A DNA stretch of 36,311 nt from NCBI GenBank assembly GCA_964386445.1, contig CAYLRC010000001.1:1-36311 (forward strand), written 5' to 3'. Made by a program: the position numbers and the translations under genes. This document shows, piece after piece, positions 33,705 through 36,311 of the stretch (positions are counted from its first letter, which is position 1; each line of letters begins with the position of its first letter). The notes under the pieces were generated by a model. That model searched no databases. It was given only the letters and a program-made list of their open reading frames with translations, and was not told where the DNA came from. The stretch is from Candidatus Woesearchaeota archaeon. Its GTDB lineage: Archaea; Nanobdellota; Nanobdellia; JAPDLS01; Haiyanarchaeaceae.

Positions 33705-35114
33705 TCAGTCTTCGAAGGTCGAATTAATATCGTTTCCTACGAACTGTTGAGTTTCGTTTACGAGAGTTTCGTTCACTAGAGTTTCATTTGTTATTGTACT
33801 GTTCGTTAATTCTCTCAACTCTTCTTCTAAAACATCACTAATTTCATAACTCTCGCTACCTGTATCTGCACTTATTGAATTGGTGGAATTCTCATAGCCC
33901 GTGTCCCTTTGTTCTCCCATACTAGAATTCTTGTTGTTGCATGAACCTACTATCTTCAGTAATGCTGTGAGATTTACTAATTGACTTTCCACTGTTTCCC
34001 CATTTACTGTTACCCTAGCAACATTCTCATAAATGCGAGGGAAAAGTTCTAGCTCAGAATCGTTTAAGCTACTCCCAATTAGCGCATACTTCAAGTGAAG
34101 TGTTATATAAAGCTCTCCGGAGCTTAAGATTTCATTTTCCTTCAACTCTAAACTTAAGGTTTTATTATCAAAGGTCCACTCAAATTTTGAAGTGACTTCG
34201 CTACCGTTCAGGTAAACGTGGAGCGGATTACCTGTGTTAGGAGGCCATCTCACAAAATCTCCCGTGTCTTTGATCTCTCCAGAAATCTCATCAACTAGGT
34301 TAAGAGCCGTAGCTTCAGGAAGATTCTTAATCTTGATATTAATATAGAACCCTCCCGGATTCGTCGAAATGATCTCACTTGACTTGTTTTGAATAACCAA
34401 ACTAAAATTAGAAATTTCGTTGAAATCTGTATCCGACCACCATTTAACAATTTCTATTGGGTTTGTCTCTTCCCACTCTGTCGCCTTAAAAGTATTGTTA
34501 GGGCTAATTTCAGAATCCAAGAAGAAAGCACCACCAACTACAGTGCTTTGGAGAAGTAAAGCTGATGAGAAAACTAAGATCAATATGGAGCTTAGTAGAT
34601 TTTTCCTAGATTTTTTCCTTCGCCTTTTTTTCTTTGTCTTGCTTCCTTTCCAATATGTAAGGATGTTCCTTACTTCCCCATAGATTACTATCATTCCGGG
34701 GATCAATACAAGGAAGATGAACCCATATTTGCTCCTAGCGTAATGAACGAAATAGCCAACAAGTGGTATAGTAAAAGAGACTTTCCCTATTATGTCATCT
34801 GGTTTTACAACCCAATGATCTGGATCCTCATTAGCATCACCTTTAGTTATGAGCCCTCCTTCAGTGATATTCACAACTCTATGCGTAACCGGAATATTTC
34901 TGTCTCTGTCCCTAAATGCAATAACATCGTTTACTTCTACTTCCTCAAAATCTGTTGGGCTGACTATTACCAAATCTCCCATATTTATCGTTGGAGACAT
35001 ACTTCCCCCGAGGACGACTAAGAAGCGTTCTGATCCCACCTTTGAGATGAGAACTACAACTAAAGAAAAGATCAATATGCTCACAAACACAACTTCACTT
35101 TTCTTTATTTTCAC
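33705..35114 (-). CDS. archaeal/ER-type (S26B, SipW/Sec11-like) signal peptidase fused to a second signal peptide and a sequon-rich extracellular domain
   Basis: GTG start 35114, with an in-frame TAA immediately upstream. Peptidase motifs GGSMSPT, PVTHRVV and KGDANEDPD lie between two TMs. These are followed by KTKKKRRRKKSRK, a third TM, GGAFFLDSEISPNNTFKA and a C-terminal module of about 260 residues with 14 N-x-S/T sequons. Confidence 0.75.
   Translation of the reverse strand: MKIKKSEVVFVSILIFSLVVVLISKVGSERFLVVLGGSMSPTINMGDLVIVSPTDFEEVEVNDVIAFRDRDRNIPVTHRVVNITEGGLITKGDANEDPDHWVVKPDDIIGKVSFTIPLVGYFVHYARSKYGFIFLVLIPGMIVIYGEVRNILTYWKGSKTKKKRRRKKSRKNLLSSILILVFSSALLLQSTVVGGAFFLDSEISPNNTFKATEWEETNPIEIVKWWSDTDFNEISNFSLVIQNKSSEIISTNPGGFYINIKIKNLPEATALNLVDEISGEIKDTGDFVRWPPNTGNPLHVYLNGSEVTSKFEWTFDNKTLSLELKENEILSSGELYITLHLKYALIGSSLNDSELELFPRIYENVARVTVNGETVESQLVNLTALLKIVGSCNNKNSSMGEQRDTGYENSTNSISADTGSESYEISDVLEEELRELTNSTITNETLVNETLVNETQQFVGNDINSTFED
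33749..33793 (-). repeat. 3 x 15-nt imperfect tandem repeat encoding NETLV-NETLV-NETQ
   Basis: Plus-strand units are gagtttcgtttacga / gagtttcgttcacta / gagtttcatttgtta. Each encodes an N-glycosylation sequon near the C-terminus of the peptidase fusion. Confidence 0.8.
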
Positions 35115-35152
35115 TTATATCATCATTTCTTAGTTCCTTCATTCTTCAATTC

Positions 35153-35168
35153 AAAAAATAATAAAAAA
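35153..35168 (-). terminator. oligo-T tract (TTTTTTATTATTTTTT on the minus strand), possible archaeal terminator after the TasA-like gene
   Basis: It lies 43-58 nt downstream of the TasA-like stop and upstream of the peptidase start. Archaeal RNA polymerase terminates at oligo-T runs. I saw no convincing hairpin. Confidence 0.35.
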
Positions 35169-35210
35169 CGAAAGGATTCTTGGGAGTTTTTAGTCTATTT
35201 AGTTCAATTC

Positions 35211-35942
35211 CTATTGCCAAGGACTTGGATTGTTTTTACTTTGTACTACTTCCATGATTATACTACCAACTAGGGAATCGGATTGGATGATGTTTCCAGC
35301 ATCTGTTGGTACTCTCCATTCAACACCCAAGTAGTAAGTTGTGGAAGCTTGCAATTCCACAGGAAGTTCTATCCCACCATCATCGATTATGTCGCTCAAG
35401 GACTTGTTAGCAACAATTGGTTCCTCAATACCATTTAATATGTTATCTCCTTCCTCTCGATCTGCCTCACAGCTTCCCTCTCCTCCTGTACACTGCCATC
35501 CTTCATAACTTCCCTCATCCATCCAAACCGTAAAGAGCAGGTAGTCTATTAGTTCTCCTTCTCCAGTTCCTGGAGAGCCACAGGTTGTATCTACCTCGCT
35601 CTCTGGCTCGGTGCAATTGTTCTCGTAATTAACGACATCGAACCTCAACCTTCCCCACGCATTGTTACCGTAGACATGCCAACTGATGGTTGCTTCTCCC
35701 CAGTCACCTGGTTTTATATCACACTCCCAAAAGAAGACTCCTCCATTATCACCCAAGTCCCTTAGAGTCCAACCACAACCTGGTGCTGGACACTCGAAAT
35801 CGATCTTCAAATCGATACTTCCCGCTGTAAATGTATTACCAGTACTAGTCTCAGTATCGCTAAAAAAGGCAAAGGTTGCTCCACTAACTAGAGCAACTAC
35901 TATGCCAGTCACTATTAGGGAAATTAAAATCTCTGATCTCAT
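35211..35942 (-). CDS. TasA/camelysin-class secreted protein with SipW-cognate-type signal peptide
   Basis: MRSEILISLIVTGIVVALVSGATFAFFSDTETSTGNTFTAGSIDLKI follows the h-region + G.TFA.FSD.E.S..N.F.AG..D consensus of SipW substrates. The C-terminal QSDSLVGSIIMEVVQ resembles the TasA-family ending. The protein is acidic with seven Cys. Confidence 0.7.
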   Translation of the reverse strand: MRSEILISLIVTGIVVALVSGATFAFFSDTETSTGNTFTAGSIDLKIDFECPAPGCGWTLRDLGDNGGVFFWECDIKPGDWGEATISWHVYGNNAWGRLRFDVVNYENNCTEPESEVDTTCGSPGTGEGELIDYLLFTVWMDEGSYEGWQCTGGEGSCEADREEGDNILNGIEEPIVANKSLSDIIDDGGIELPVELQASTTYYLGVEWRVPTDAGNIIQSDSLVGSIIMEVVQSKNNPSPWQ

Positions 35943-35966
35943 CCTTGTCCACCCCTCTCAGATCGC

Positions 35967-36311
35967 TTACTCTGCAAGTTGAGAGCACAGAAAGTTCGGG
36001 TTGTTTCTTTCTTGTACTGCGTAAAATTCGATATCCCCAGTCAAACTATCTGTTTGAGCTTCGTTACCAACTGATGAACCATCGCAAGTTATTTCTCCAG
36101 TTTCTTGGTTTATGTTCATGGTACCAAAACACCAAACTTTACCAATGTAATAAGTAGTACTTCCAAAAAGTGGGTCTTCGTCAGCTCCTCCTACATTGTT
36201 CTCTTGGGAATCAGCAAGCGTATAAATCCTTCCATCTAGAATTTCACTCGCATATCCTTCCATTAATGGTATGTCACACTCTGGCTGATAGACGTTGTCT
36301 CCTGGACATGC
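35967..36311 (-). CDS. second TasA-like paralogue, C-terminal part (5' end beyond the right edge)
   Basis: The frame stays open upstream of the ORF-track Met to base 36311 (ACPGDNVYQPECDIPLMEGY...). It shares STTYYIGKVW / STTYYLGVEW and QTDSLTGDIEFYAVQERNNP / QSDSLVGSIIMEVVQSKNNP with the 243-aa neighbour. Confidence 0.6.
   Translation of the reverse strand, partial: ACPGDNVYQPECDIPLMEGYASEILDGRIYTLADSQENNVGGADEDPLFGSTTYYIGKVWCFGTMNINQETGEITCDGSSVGNEAQTDSLTGDIEFYAVQERNNPNFLCSQLAE

Noticed and set aside
35686-36157. Plus-strand ORFs 35686..35982 and 35945..36157.
   Set aside because: They are antisense to the two TasA-like genes, which share paralogous motifs and a clear signal peptide. There is no supporting start context or recognisable motif.
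1-36311. Search for CRISPR arrays, transposases/integrases, IS inverted repeats, rRNA genes and large ncRNAs (RNase P RNA, SRP RNA).
   Set aside because: No direct-repeat/spacer periodicity and no integrase- or transposase-like ORF was seen. The longest non-coding stretch is about 200 nt, too short for those RNAs.

Overview
This is a gene-dense, visibly AT-rich archaeal chromosomal segment. It holds about 45 protein genes and one tRNA, with no rRNA, CRISPR array or recognisable mobile element. The gene content points to a thermophilic euryarchaeon that I cannot name: archaeal exosome, RNase P protein subunits, aIF2-gamma/aIF5B, ArcTGT, FAU-1 and L7Ae-S28e-L24e. Sequence style agrees: K/E/I-rich proteins, purine-loaded coding strands, tRNA stems made only of G-C pairs, and GGAGGTGA Shine-Dalgarno sites. 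Bases 1-31700 are an information-processing core. They encode an NSUN m5C methyltransferase with a Nip7-like PUA protein, a GH57/glycogen-synthase pair, L7Ae-S28e-L24e (L24e is absent from the ORF track), GluRS, an RNase J operon and ArcTGT. An 11-gene overlapping operon joins the exosome superoperon (Rpp30-Pop5-PsmA-SBDS-Rrp4-Rrp41-[FAU-1]-Rrp42) to enolase-uS2-MEMO. It is followed by tRNA-Phe, MinD, an MGMT-like protein with EndoV, aIF5B, S6e, aIF2-gamma, Pelota and GlmS. Seven ATGA start/stop overlaps chain the genes, plus TAAGATG and TAATG junctions. The right end (31.7-36.3 kb) is the accessory part, with DUF488-LemA-GIDE and a TasA/SipW-type surface-fibre locus. In that locus the signal peptidase is fused in frame to a second SipW-cognate-type signal peptide and a sequon-rich substrate-like domain. 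This fusion is my top candidate for something undescribed. I revised several ORF-track starts from the sequence: glmS, rrp42, the glycosyltransferase, nfi and a small membrane protein. All family calls come from motif recognition by eye, with no database search.
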